Source: Vulcanimicrobiota bacterium (lineage in GTDB: Bacteria; Vulcanimicrobiota; Vulcanimicrobiia; Vulcanimicrobiales; Vulcanimicrobiaceae). Taken from it: a stretch of DNA of 64,000 nucleotides. The notes beneath the pieces are model-generated. The model saw nothing but the letters and a program-made list of their open reading frames with translations. It searched no databases and was not told where the DNA came from. The stretch is taken from positions 2,543-66,542 of the forward strand of contig CAVWMO010000004.1 of assembly GCA_963756165.1 (NCBI GenBank), written 5' to 3'. Made by a program: the position numbers and the translations under genes. Shown in pieces: positions 1 through 8,931 of the stretch. Each line of letters begins with the position of its first letter. The first letter of the stretch is position 1.

Positions 1-1552
1 CCGTCGGCAGATTGATCGTGTCGCTCTTCCACGGAATCGCGTCGTAGCCGGCGGTGATGAGGAAGTTCTTCGCGATCGTGGCGCCTATTTGCGCGCCATA
101 CGCCTGGCTATCGATCTTGCCGATGTAGGACTGGCCCGCGTTTTGTTCGGTCCCGCCTTGCACCGCAATGAACGGCGCCCAGCTTCCCGGGAAGGTGTAC
201 TGGGCGTCGCCCCACCACATGTTGACGAGGTCGCTGACGCCGTAGAAGTACCCGTCGGCCGCGAATCCGGTTCCCGAAGGATTCGCGTAGCCGAGTTTGC
301 CCATCGCGAAGCCGTTGGTATTGATCCCCGCGCCGCCCGGAACGATGATATTGTTGGCCAGACCGTTGTTGCCGGCGGGATAGCTCGTCAGCAGCGTTTG
401 CCTGCTGAACGCCGAGCTCGTGCGGTTTTCGTACGCCAGCATGTCCGCGCCCTGAACCGTGATTCCGCCCGGCGTCGTGTAGCCAAGGTAACCACCCTCA
501 AATGCGGCCGGTTTTACGCGCGAATCCGCCGGGTTTGCCCACGGCGAGTTGAACGTGACGTTGCCCATCGCGCCGTCCCATCCGTATGCTTTGTACTTTA
601 AGTAGGCCTCGTAAAACGAACTCAGCGTGAAGCCGGGCAGAGTATCGTCGGGATTCGTGTTGGGCGGAACCTGCGTCACGCAGACGGCGCCCTTGAGATG
701 ATTGGCCGGAACGACGCACGGGCCATCGATCGGATTCGCGTACAGATACGTTCCACCGACGCCCCAACCGCTGTGGGGGAAGTCGTACTCGCCGCCGATC
801 GCGACCGCGCTGTTCCAACTCGCCTGGTTGACGCCCGCGGTGCTGTATTTGGCGCCTGGCGTGAAGTTGAACTGCGCGCCCGGATTGTTGGACGCATTCT
901 GACGCGTGAAATAAAACGAGCGAACGAAGCCGTGAATCGATAGCGGATTGGGAGTCGGGGGAGGCGGAGGCGGCGGTGCGACCGTCGCTTCCGGCGGCGG
1001 AGGCGCGGGCGCTTCGGTCGGCGGCGGCGTCGCCGGAATGTACCGCACGACTACGAGCCGGCGATCCGGTACCCACTGCACGTACGCACCCATGCCTTCG
1101 GAGATCACGCGTACCGGCACGAGCACGTCGCCCTGATAGAGAATCGGCGGCACGTCGAGTGGACGCGACTCGCCGTTGATGATGACCTCCGGCTTGCCGA
1201 CGGTCACGCGCACCTCGGCGCCGGACTTCGAGACCACGGCCGTCTTGCTGGCCGGATCGTACGACACCGTCGCACCCATCTGCTCGAACATCGAGCGCAG
1301 CGGAATCAGGATCGTTCCGCCGCGCACCAGCGCGGCTAAGACGCGTCCCTGCTTGAGGACGTCGGGCCGCGAGTAGACGTGACGGTCGTTGTAGAGAATC
1401 GGAATCTGCCCCGAGGGCGGAGCACCGAAGTTCGCGGGTGCAGCGGAGCCGGTCTGCGCCACTGGAGTCGTTGCGCTTTGCGCCGGCAGCGCGACGGCAA
1501 CCGCCCCAATCACGGCCGCGATGAGCGCCGCACGAGCACAAGCAGTATTCAT
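1..1552 (-). CDS. Porin-like outer-membrane protein, paralog A. Architecture: signal peptide, copper-amine-oxidase-N1-like stalk domain, Pro-rich linker, beta-barrel. The 3' end runs off the window.
   Basis: ATG at 1552 is preceded by AGGAGG. My translation reads MNTACARAALIAAVIGAVAVALPAQSA..ILYNDRHVYSRPDVLKQGRVLAALVRGGTILIPLRSMFEQMGATVSYD..PPPTEAPAPPPP..SIHGFVRSFYFTRQNAS..GEYDFPHSGWGVGGTYLYANPIDG.. and stays open to position 1. It is absent from the ORF track because it has no in-window stop. It is collinear with the gene at 1700..3796. Confidence 0.7.
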   Translation of the reverse strand, partial: MNTACARAALIAAVIGAVAVALPAQSATTPVAQTGSAAPANFGAPPSGQIPILYNDRHVYSRPDVLKQGRVLAALVRGGTILIPLRSMFEQMGATVSYDPASKTAVVSKSGAEVRVTVGKPEVIINGESRPLDVPPILYQGDVLVPVRVISEGMGAYVQWVPDRRLVVVRYIPATPPPTEAPAPPPPEATVAPPPPPPPTPNPLSIHGFVRSFYFTRQNASNNPGAQFNFTPGAKYSTAGVNQASWNSAVAIGGEYDFPHSGWGVGGTYLYANPIDGPCVVPANHLKGAVCVTQVPPNTNPDDTLPGFTLSSFYEAYLKYKAYGWDGAMGNVTFNSPWANPADSRVKPAAFEGGYLGYTTPGGITVQGADMLAYENRTSSAFSRQTLLTSYPAGNNGLANNIIVPGGAGINTNGFAMGKLGYANPSGTGFAADGYFYGVSDLVNMWWGDAQYTFPGSWAPFIAVQGGTEQNAGQSYIGKIDSQAYGAQIGATIAKNFLITAGYDAIPWKSDTINLPT

Positions 1553-1580
1553 AACCAGAAGGAGCCTCCTGTTCAGGGAA

Positions 1581-1628
1581 GGTGACTTGCGTTAACTTCT
1601 TGTCGCCGCGTTGATAACCTTGGTCAAC
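1581..1628 (-). promoter_or_regulatory. Conserved direct-repeat boxes upstream of porin paralog A; candidate OmpR/PhoB-family binding sites or promoter elements.
   Basis: The minus strand reads GTTGACcaagGTTATCaac..(13 nt)..GTTAACgcaaGTCACC, i.e. two pairs of GTTnAC-like hexamers spaced 10 nt apart. The same arrangement is conserved upstream of paralog B (3824..3872) although the flanking sequence differs. Confidence 0.3.
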
Positions 1629-1644
1629 ATTCGGCGTTACGAAA

Positions 1645-1678
1645 GAAAATCGCCCGGCCGTATGGTCGGGCGATTTTT
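1645..1678. terminator. Bidirectional intrinsic-terminator-like hairpin downstream of porin paralog B.
   Basis: Sequence is aaaATCGCCCGGCC-gtat-GGTCGGGCGATtttt: an 11-bp stem with one G-T pair, A-run on one side and T-run on the other. It lies about 20 nt after the stop at 1700. Confidence 0.6.
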
Positions 1679-1699
1679 CCGCCGACGCACCCTAAGGGG

Positions 1700-3796
1700 T
1701 CAGAAGTCGTACTCCAGCTGGGCGCGGTTGTATTTAAACAGCGGCAGGCCGCCCAGCTCCGTCGAGCCCGCCGGGGAGCCCGGCGCGCAGATCGTCGTTC
1801 CGGCCGCACCGCAGAACGTGTTCGACAGGCTGCGCTGTGCGTAGCGGTAGCGCAGCAGCAGTCCGTGATACGGCCCCTTCTTCACTGCGCTGAAGTGATA
1901 TTGCCCGTCGAGATTCCACTCGTTCGTAGTTTCTGGTGCGAGCGCGTTGCCGTAGTTGTACCACGCGTCGCTCGCGATGAACACCCACTTTTTGTTGGTG
2001 GAGGTAAACGTCACGCCGACCTTCCACGACGTGCCGGGCGCGCGCCGATCGGCCATGCCCTGCGAGATCTGCGTCGTAAAGAACGGGTCCGTGGCGTAGT
2101 TGTCGGTGTACGGACTAGCCCAGCCGCCGTAATAGATACTCGTCGCGCCGTTTTTATTCGTAAAGCACTGCGCGGCGTTGAGCGGCAGGAAATAGGCCAG
2201 CGTTGCCTTCGCGGAGACCTGGAAGTTCGAGTTATTGCAGGTTACACCCGTCGGCAGCAAGATCGTGTCGTTGTGCCAGGGTATGTAGTCGTAACTACCC
2301 GCGATCAGAATGTTCTTGGTGATGTTGGCGCCGATCTGCACGCCGGCGTCTTGGCTATCGATCTTTCCGATGAAAGATTGTCCCGCGTTGTTCTCCCAGC
2401 CGCCCTGCAGCGCCACGAAGGGCGCCCAGCTTCCGGGGGCCGTGTACTTGCCATCGAACCACCACATGTTCATGAGATCGCTAACGCCGTAGAAGTAACC
2501 GTCGGCGGAGATGCCGGCGGGGGTTAGTATAACCGAGACGCCCCATCGCGACACCGTTGGTGTTGATCCCTTGGCCTCCCGGAACGACGATGTTCGATGG
2601 CGAGTCCGGCGCCGCCGGCCGGATAGCTCGTGAGCAACGTCTGCCTACCGAATGCCGAGCTGGTGCGGTTCTCAAAGGTGAGCATGTCCGCCCCTTCGAC
2701 GATCAAGCCACCGGGACTCGTGTAGCTGAGATCGCCACCCTGGAACGCGGCCGGCTTGAGCCGCGAATCCGACGGGTTTGCCCACGGCGTATTGAACAGG
2801 ATGTTGCCCATCGCGCCGTCCCATCCGTATGCTTTGTACTTCAAGTAGGCCTCGTAAAATGTACTCATCGTGAAGCCCGGCAGCGTGTCGTCGGGATTCG
2901 TGTTGGGCGGGACCTGCGTCACGCAAACGGCGCCCTTGAGATGATTGGCCGGAACGACGCACGGGCCATCGATCGGATTCGCGTACAGATACGTTCCACC
3001 AACGCCCCAACCGCTGTCGGGGGAAGTCGTACTCGCCGCCGACCGCGACCGCGCTATTCCAACTCGCCTGGTTGACGCCCGCGGTGCTGTATTTGGCGCC
3101 CGGCGTGAAGTTGAACTGGGCGCCCGGATTGTTGGACGCGTTCTGCCGCGTGAAATAAAACGAGCGAACGAAGCCGTGAATCGATAGCGGATTGGGAGTC
3201 GGGGGAGGCGGAGGCGGTGGTGCGACCGTCGCTTCGGGCGGCGGCGGCGCGGGCGCTTCGGTCGGCGGCGGCGTCGCCGGAATGTACCGCACGACTACGA
3301 GCCGGCGATCCGGCACCCACTGCACGTACGCGCCCATGCCTTCGGAGATCACGCGTACCGGCACGAGCACGTCGCCCTGATAGAGAATCGGCGGCACGTC
3401 GAGTGGACGCGACTCGCCGTTGATGATGACCTCCGGCTTGCCGACGGTCACGCGCACCTCGGCGCCGGACTTCGAGACCACGGCCGTCTTGCTGGCCGGA
3501 TCGTACGATACCGTCGCACCCATCTGCTCGAACATCGAGCGCAGCGGAATCAGGATCGTTCCGCCGCGCACCAGCGCGGCTAAGACGCGTCCCTGCTTGA
3601 GGACGTCGGGCCGCGAGTAGACGTGACGGTCGTTGTAGAGAATTGGAATCTGCCCCGAGGGCGGAGCGCCGAAGTTCGCGGGTGGAGTGGAGCCGGTCTG
3701 CGCCACCGGAGTCGTTGCGCTTTGCGCCGGCAGCGCGACGGCAACCGCCCCAATCACGGCCGCGATGAGCGCCGCGCGAGCACAAGCAGTCTTCAT
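1700..3796 (-). pseudogene. Porin-like outer-membrane protein, paralog B, with the same architecture as paralog A. It is interrupted by three single-nt frame changes (pseudogene or consensus errors).
   Basis: ATG at 3796 with AGGAGG upstream; N-terminus is MKTACARAALIAAVIG... The conserved protein continues across ORFs 2672..4000 (frame 2), 2524..2922 (frame 1), 2481..2675 (frame 0) and 1700..2554 (frame 2). The switches are at about 3018, 2605-2622 and 2517-2521. The C-terminus ..NRAQLEYDF ends in Phe, as in barrel proteins. Confidence 0.6.
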
Positions 3797-3823
3797 AACC
3801 AGAAGGAGCCTCCTGTTCAAAGA

Positions 3824-3872
3824 AGTAACTGGCGTCAACTTCTCTGCGTCGCCGGCATTAACCTGGGTCAAT
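3824..3872 (-). promoter_or_regulatory. Conserved direct-repeat boxes upstream of porin paralog B.
   Basis: The minus strand reads ATTGACccagGTTAATgcc..(13 nt)..GTTGACgccaGTTACT, which has the same spacing and positions as 1581..1628. Confidence 0.3.
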
Positions 3873-3904
3873 ATTTTGGACGACCTCGCGCTCGCCGGTA
3901 AGGG

Positions 3905-3932
3905 AATCGCCCGGCCGCACAGCCGGGCGATT
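3905..3932. other. GC-rich stem-loop between pstB and porin paralog B.
   Basis: Sequence is AATCGCCCGGC-cgcaca-GCCGGGCGATT, a perfect 11-bp stem related to the 1649-1674 hairpin. No U-tract follows on either strand. Confidence 0.4.
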
Positions 3933-4072
3933 GTCGACGCAGGCGCACTCCCGAAATCTCCGTCGCAGCGAGAACGGCGCGCGCGAACAAAAGAAGACAC
4001 CGCACATAGTCTAGCGCCCGCCCATTAAGGCGCTCTTAACACTCGCTTAACCGGTGTGGTGGTAAAGCAGCC

Positions 4073-4864
4073 TTACCCGTAACGACCCGTGATATAGTCC
4101 TCGGTGCGCTTGTCCTTCGGCTTCGTGAAGATGGTCGCGGTTTTGTCTGTTTCGACCAGCTCGCCCAGCAAAAAGAACGCCGTGTTGTCGCTGATCCGCG
4201 CGGCCTGCTGCATCGAGTGCGTGACGATGACGACGGTGTAGTCTCTCTTGAGGTCGCCGATGAGGTCTTCGATCTTGCTCGTCGCGATCGGGTCGAGCGC
4301 GGACGCCGGCTCGTCCATCAGAATCACCTCGGGGTCGACCGCGAGACAGCGGGCGATGCACAGCCGCTGCTGCTGCCCGCCCGACAAGGCCATCGCGGAG
4401 CGGTCGAGCCGATCCTTGACCTCGTCCCAGAGCGCGGCGTGGCGCAGACTGTGTTCGCAAATCTTCCGCAGCGCGGCGGGATCGCGTTCGCCATGGATGC
4501 GCGGGCCGTACACGACGTTGTCGAAGATGGACTTCGGAAACGGGTTCGGTCGCTGGAACACCATGCCCACGCGATACCGAATCGTCACCGGATCTATGTC
4601 CGGCGCGTAGATGTCCTGATCGTCGAGCAGGACGCGCCCCTCCACCCGAGCTCCCGGCGTCAAGTCGTGCATCCGATTCAGCGCACGAATGAACGTGGAC
4701 TTCCCGCAGCCCGACGGACCGATGAGCGCCATGACCTGATTCGCGGGTACCCGGAGCGATGCGTTGCGAATTGCGTGGAAGGCGCCGTAGTACACGTCGA
4801 GGTTTTCGACGTTGATTTTCGGCTCCGTCGAAACCGAAACTGCGTCCTCGGTGCTCACGAACAT
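4073..4864 (-). CDS. pstB: Phosphate ABC transporter ATP-binding protein PstB.
   Basis: 263 aa with Walker [10 protein letters not shown], signature [13 protein letters not shown] and Walker B ILMDEP. Typical PstB ends: N-terminal ..NLDVYYG and C-terminal ..[10 protein letters not shown]. Confidence 0.9.
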   Translation of the reverse strand: MFVSTEDAVSVSTEPKINVENLDVYYGAFHAIRNASLRVPANQVMALIGPSGCGKSTFIRALNRMHDLTPGARVEGRVLLDDQDIYAPDIDPVTIRYRVGMVFQRPNPFPKSIFDNVVYGPRIHGERDPAALRKICEHSLRHAALWDEVKDRLDRSAMALSGGQQQRLCIARCLAVDPEVILMDEPASALDPIATSKIEDLIGDLKRDYTVVIVTHSMQQAARISDNTAFFLLGELVETDKTATIFTKPKDKRTEDYITGRYG

Positions 4865-4904
4865 GCGCCGCGGGTATTCGTCATGCTGATGCGGATTGCC
4901 CGTC

Positions 4905-6086
4905 TTAAGGCCGTTTAATGCGCATGATGGGGAGCCGAATCGTAAACGACGTGCCCCTTCCCAGCATCGACTCCGCCGAGATCGCGCCTCCGTGCGCGTC
5001 GACGATGCCCTTCACTATCGCGAGACCGAGGCCGGCGCCGCCGCTCCCGCGAGTGCGCGAGCGATCGACGACGTAGAATCGCTCGAAGATATGCGGCAGG
5101 TCGCGGTACGGGATGCCCTCACCGGTGTCGCGGACACGCAGTACCGCGTCGCTGTCGCGGGCATCGAGCTCGACGCGGATGCGCCCGCCGCCCGACGTGT
5201 GGCGCAGCGCGTTGTCGATCAGGTTGACGAAGACTTGCGATAGCCGATGAGGATCCGCCTCGACGCGCACGGGGCGCAGCGACGAGAGCTCGAGCGAGAC
5301 GCCTTTATTGAACGCCTGCTGCTCGAACGACGCCACGATTGGACGAGCGACCTCCTCGAGATCGACGTCACGCAGATCCAGCTTGAGCTGTCCGGATTCC
5401 GCGCGAGCCTGCTCGAGCAACTGACCGACGAGCGCGGTAAGCCGGTCCACCTGCGCGAGCGCCTGCGGAACGAAGAGGTCGCGCGCCTCCTCTTCCGGAG
5501 CCTCCAGCACCGTCTCGAGCATCAGCTTTATCGATGAAAGCGGGGTGCGCAGCTCGTGCGAGACATTGGAAAGGAACTCTTTACGCGCTCGGTCGAGGCG
5601 CACGAGGCCGGTCTGATCGTCGGAGAAGATGACGACCCGCGACAGATTTCCCGTCTCGTCGGAGAGCGGCGATACCGATATCCGGTAGGTTCGCTGGCCC
5701 TGTGCTCCCGTCATCATCAAGGGCGCGACCGACGCCTCACCGCCGAACGCGTCGGCGATCCGGTGCTCCAGTTCGACGTTATGGATCGCTTCGATGATGT
5801 GGAGGCCGGTCGCGCGGCCGGAATCGAAGCCGAACGTGGTCCCCGCTGCCGCGTTGGCAAACTCGACGCGCCGCTCGCGATTGACGAGGATGACGCCGAT
5901 GGGCAGCGCGCCCACGAGCCGCGCAAAGCCGCTGTCGGCCGAAACCGACGCCGGTTCCGGGGGCGTGGTCGCCGCATTCGATTCGCTCCGGGCGGAGTTC
6001 GCCGGCGGGCGACGCATGCGTGCCAGGCCCAGACCCGCCGCGAGCCCGGCGATCAGCGCAACGAGCGACCACTCGAGGCCAGTCAA
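4905..6086 (-). CDS. Sensor histidine kinase, PhoR-like (TM, PAS, HisKA, HATPase_c).
   Basis: H-box [16 protein letters not shown]-box [11 protein letters not shown]-boxes RDTGEGI and [10 protein letters not shown]. The likely start is the TTG at 6086, overlapping the regulator stop (TTGA). The ORF track extends to 6221. Confidence 0.85.
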   Translation of the reverse strand: MTGLEWSLVALIAGLAAGLGLARMRRPPANSARSESNAATTPPEPASVSADSGFARLVGALPIGVILVNRERRVEFANAAAGTTFGFDSGRATGLHIIEAIHNVELEHRIADAFGGEASVAPLMMTGAQGQRTYRISVSPLSDETGNLSRVVIFSDDQTGLVRLDRARKEFLSNVSHELRTPLSSIKLMLETVLEAPEEEARDLFVPQALAQVDRLTALVGQLLEQARAESGQLKLDLRDVDLEEVARPIVASFEQQAFNKGVSLELSSLRPVRVEADPHRLSQVFVNLIDNALRHTSGGGRIRVELDARDSDAVLRVRDTGEGIPYRDLPHIFERFYVVDRSRTRGSGGAGLGLAIVKGIVDAHGGAISAESMLGRGTSFTIRLPIMRIKRP

Positions 6087-6805
6087 GCCTTGAACATGTA
6101 CCCGCGGCTGCGAACGGTGAGAATGTGCCGCGGCGACCGCGAGTCTTCTTCTATCTTCTCGCGCAGCCAGCGAATGTGCACGCTGACCGTTTGCTGCTCG
6201 CCTTCGAAGTCGTAGCCCCACACCTTGTCGAGCAGCGTCTGACGCGTGACGACGCGGCCCTGATTCTCCATGAGCACGCGCAACAGCCCGAACTCCTTGG
6301 GCGCGAGGGAAACCTCCGCCCCTCGGACGGTGAGCTGCTGTCGCGACGGATCGAGGACGATGTCGCCCAGGACGATCGCCTCGTCGTGTCCGGCGGGCAG
6401 CGAGCTCTGGCGGCGCAGCCGAGCCTTGACCCGTGCCAGAAACTCGTGCAGAGCGAACGGCTTGGTGACGTAGTCGTCGGCCCCGAGCTCCAACGCCAAC
6501 ACCTTGTCGATCTCCTGGTCCTTGGCGGTGAGCATGATGATCGGCACCGGGCTGAACTTGCGGATTTCCTTGCAGGCTTCGACGCCGTCGAGCACCGGCA
6601 ACATGATGTCGAGCACGACCAGGTCCGGCTGCTCGCGTTGCGCCATCGCGATCGCGCTGCGTCCGTCTCCCGCGGTCACGACGGCGTAACCGCTGCGTTC
6701 GAGATTGAAGCGAAGCGTTTGCAGGATCGCGGACTCGTCGTCCACGATGAGGATCTTCTTATTGAAGTCCGGGCTCTTGACGGCGGCCGTTCGCGGCGAC
6801 CGCAT
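6083..6805 (-). CDS. OmpR/PhoB-family response regulator (receiver domain plus winged-helix domain).
   Basis: KILIVDDE..DLVVLDIMLP..MLTAKD..ADDYVTKPF followed by the DNA-binding domain ..VSVHIRWLREKIE..ILTVRSRGYMF. The start is uncertain (6805, 6823 or 6856). Confidence 0.9.
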   Translation of the reverse strand: MRSPRTAAVKSPDFNKKILIVDDESAILQTLRFNLERSGYAVVTAGDGRSAIAMAQREQPDLVVLDIMLPVLDGVEACKEIRKFSPVPIIMLTAKDQEIDKVLALELGADDYVTKPFALHEFLARVKARLRRQSSLPAGHDEAIVLGDIVLDPSRQQLTVRGAEVSLAPKEFGLLRVLMENQGRVVTRQTLLDKVWGYDFEGEQQTVSVHIRWLREKIEEDSRSPRHILTVRSRGYMFKA

Positions 6806-7682
6806 CTCCGACGTTCCATTCATACGCTTTTGCAATGGCGCTGTAGTCCAGCGCACCGTCCCCTTCTGCGGAGCGAGTGGTGTAGAGTTGGTATGCGAGC
6901 CCGGTCGCGGGCATGGGAAGGCTTGCGGCGCGAGCCGCGTCGAGCGCTGCGGCGAGATCCTTACGGAGCAGATCGAGCGCGAACCCGCCGCTGAAAGTCC
7001 CGGCCAGCCACGTCTTGGGCAACCATTGCGCGAGCAGATAGTTCGAAGCGGTCGCGGACGCTAATACTTCGCGCACCGCATTCAGGTCGGCGCCCGCGCG
7101 CTGCGCAAACGACAGTCCTTCGACGTTGGCGATCATCACGTTCGCGATGATGATCTGATTGACGAGCTTGACCGTCTCGCCCATCCCCACCGGCCCGAGG
7201 TGGTGCGGAGTGCCCATAGCGCGCAGGACCGGTTCCGCACGCGCAAACGCCGACGGCGACGCGCCCACCATAATCGTCAGCGTGCCGTCCCGCGCGCGAG
7301 CCGGGCCGCCGCTGGCCGGGGCGTCGACGAATTCGACGCCGCGCTCCGCGAGGCGGTGCCCGAAGCGTCGCGAGGCCACGGGCGAGATCGTGGACATGTC
7401 GATCACCAGCGAGCCGGCCTTAGCTCCCGCGGCGACGCCGCTCGGAGCGAAGAGTGCGTCTTCGACGTCGGGAGCGTCCGGTACGCAGATCACGATCGCG
7501 TCCGCGTCGCGCGCCAGGGTAGCGGGATCCGGCGCCTCGGCAACGCCGTCGGCGCGCAACCGCTCGAGGGCCTCTCGACGCCGATGGACGGTCGCGGCCA
7601 CGTCGAATCCGGCTTTGCGCAACGACCGAGCCATCGGCTCGCCCATCGCACCCAACCCGACGAATCCGACACGGGCAATCAC
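6759..7682 (-). CDS. NAD(P)-dependent 3-hydroxyisobutyrate dehydrogenase / 2-hydroxy-3-oxopropionate reductase family oxidoreductase.
   Basis: Rossmann motif VGFVGLGAMGEPMARSL, then ..VIDMSTISP.. and ..GETVKLVNQ... A GTG start at 7682 is preceded by AAAGGGG. Confidence 0.8.
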   Translation of the reverse strand: MIARVGFVGLGAMGEPMARSLRKAGFDVAATVHRRREALERLRADGVAEAPDPATLARDADAIVICVPDAPDVEDALFAPSGVAAGAKAGSLVIDMSTISPVASRRFGHRLAERGVEFVDAPASGGPARARDGTLTIMVGASPSAFARAEPVLRAMGTPHHLGPVGMGETVKLVNQIIIANVMIANVEGLSFAQRAGADLNAVREVLASATASNYLLAQWLPKTWLAGTFSGGFALDLLRKDLAAALDAARAASLPMPATGLAYQLYTTRSAEGDGALDYSAIAKAYEWNVGDAVAANGRRQEPGLQ

Positions 7683-7741
7683 GAGCCGCCCCTTTGGGCG
7701 CAGACTCAGGATAACCTTCGGAGCCCGGCGAAGGCCGCCGC

Positions 7742-8671
7742 ATGACCACCGCCACCGCAACTCCCTCAATCGTGCGTCCGACTTTTGACGAGCTGAACCT
7801 CTCCATCGGAAAACGGACGCGCCTGCACCGCTTCATGTACGAGCACGGCCCCGCGAACGGCACGCTGATGATGCTCCCGATCGATCAGGGTCTGGAACAC
7901 GGACCGGTCGACTTCTTCGACAATCCGGCGGCGATCGACACCGACTGGATCTATCGGCTCGCCGTCGAAGGGAATTTTTCCGGCGTCGCATTGCACGTCG
8001 GGCTGGCTGAGAAGTACCAGAAACACTACGCCGGCCGCGTTCCGCTGCTGTTGAAGGTCAACGGAAAGACCAACATCCCGCCCGACGACGAAGCCTTTAG
8101 CCCCATGACGTCGTCGGTCGAAGACGCGGTTCGGCTCGGCGCCGATGCCGTCGGCTACACGCTCTACGTCGGCAGTCCGTCACAAGAGGTCGACATCGCG
8201 CAGTGTAACGAGGTCCGCCGCGAGTGCGAACGCTACGGAATGCCGCTGGTCGTGTGGGCTTACCCGCGCGGCTCCGCAGTGAAGGCGAAGGGTGGCATCG
8301 ATTCGCTCTACGCGGTCGATTATGCGGCGCGCGTGGCGTGCGAAATCGGCGCGGACGTCATCAAGCTCAACGAGCCCGTATGGAAGCCCGACGACGCGGC
8401 GAACCTGCCGAAACCGTACAATACGCTAGCGTTCGACGACGTCGATGGCTTACGGAAAGTGGTCAAGTCGGCTGGACGGAGTCTCGTCCTCGTCTCCGGT
8501 GGGAGCAAGATGGGCGACGACGCGACCATTCACAAGGCGCACGTCGCGATGGCCGCGGGCTGCGTCGGGCTGATCTTCGGCCGCAACATGTGGCAGCGCA
8601 AGTGGGACGAGGCGCTCTCGATGGCCTCGAGCATCCACGATGTTCTCGCGGACTACGGCCAGCAGGATTAG
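7742..8671 (+). CDS. Class I fructose-bisphosphate aldolase (DhnA/FbaB, DeoC/LacD-type aldolase family).
   Basis: 309 aa, reading ..LMMLPIDQGLEHGP..LLLKVNG..DAVGYTLYVGS..VVWAYPRG..DVIKLN..VLVSGGSK..GLIFGRNMWQ. Confidence 0.75.
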   Translation: MTTATATPSIVRPTFDELNLSIGKRTRLHRFMYEHGPANGTLMMLPIDQGLEHGPVDFFDNPAAIDTDWIYRLAVEGNFSGVALHVGLAEKYQKHYAGRVPLLLKVNGKTNIPPDDEAFSPMTSSVEDAVRLGADAVGYTLYVGSPSQEVDIAQCNEVRRECERYGMPLVVWAYPRGSAVKAKGGIDSLYAVDYAARVACEIGADVIKLNEPVWKPDDAANLPKPYNTLAFDDVDGLRKVVKSAGRSLVLVSGGSKMGDDATIHKAHVAMAAGCVGLIFGRNMWQRKWDEALSMASSIHDVLADYGQQD

Positions 8672-8931
8672 GCGTGCAACGGGGCTTGCTGTGCGACACA
8701 GTCCGCGCAGTACCAGCCCACCGCGCCGCCATGATCCTGCGGCACCATCTGCTCGCGCGGACCGCGGCGTCCGCATCCGGCGCACGCGTAGGTCGGGGCC
8801 CCGGCAGCGGGCCGCGCAGCGCTCTCGTGACGCTTGGCGACGTAGAAGGCCAGGTAGATCGCCGCACCGATGACCCACGGCGCCCACGCAAAGAACGCGT
8901 CAAACGCGCCGCCGGAGATCTCCGCAATCAC
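8668..8931 (-). CDS. Hypothetical small membrane protein with a C-terminal zinc-ribbon-like motif.
   Basis: 87 aa with one hydrophobic helix (WAPWVIGAAIYLAFYV) and CAGC..(x23)..CADC. Its ATG overlaps the ferredoxin stop (ATGA). Confidence 0.5.
   Translation of the reverse strand: MIAEISGGAFDAFFAWAPWVIGAAIYLAFYVAKRHESAARPAAGAPTYACAGCGRRGPREQMVPQDHGGAVGWYCADCVAQQAPLHA

Larger units (their letters stand above)
1..3935. repeat. Tandem duplication with a period of 2244 nt, covering the porin genes with their 5' leaders and a downstream/upstream hairpin.
   Basis: Positions 941-1552 align to 3185-3796 with 13 substitutions in 612 nt by my manual alignment. Off-frame ORF pairs 948..1136/3192..3380 and 1176..1376/3420..3620 have identical translations. 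Identity is visibly lower left of about 600/2845. Confidence 0.85.

Noticed and set aside
498-1541. A long ORF (347 aa), and similar ones such as 3054..3785, 10344..11726, 32125..33333, 37672..38817 and 59902..61176.
   Set aside because: Their translations are Arg/Ala/Gly-rich and low in complexity. They lie off-frame or antisense to genes with clear family motifs. These are typical open-frame artefacts of about 67% GC DNA.
3905-3932. The perfect 11-bp hairpin downstream of pstB, considered as an intrinsic terminator.
   Set aside because: No U-tract follows on either strand, so it is reported only as a stem-loop. It is related in sequence to the better terminator at 1645-1678.
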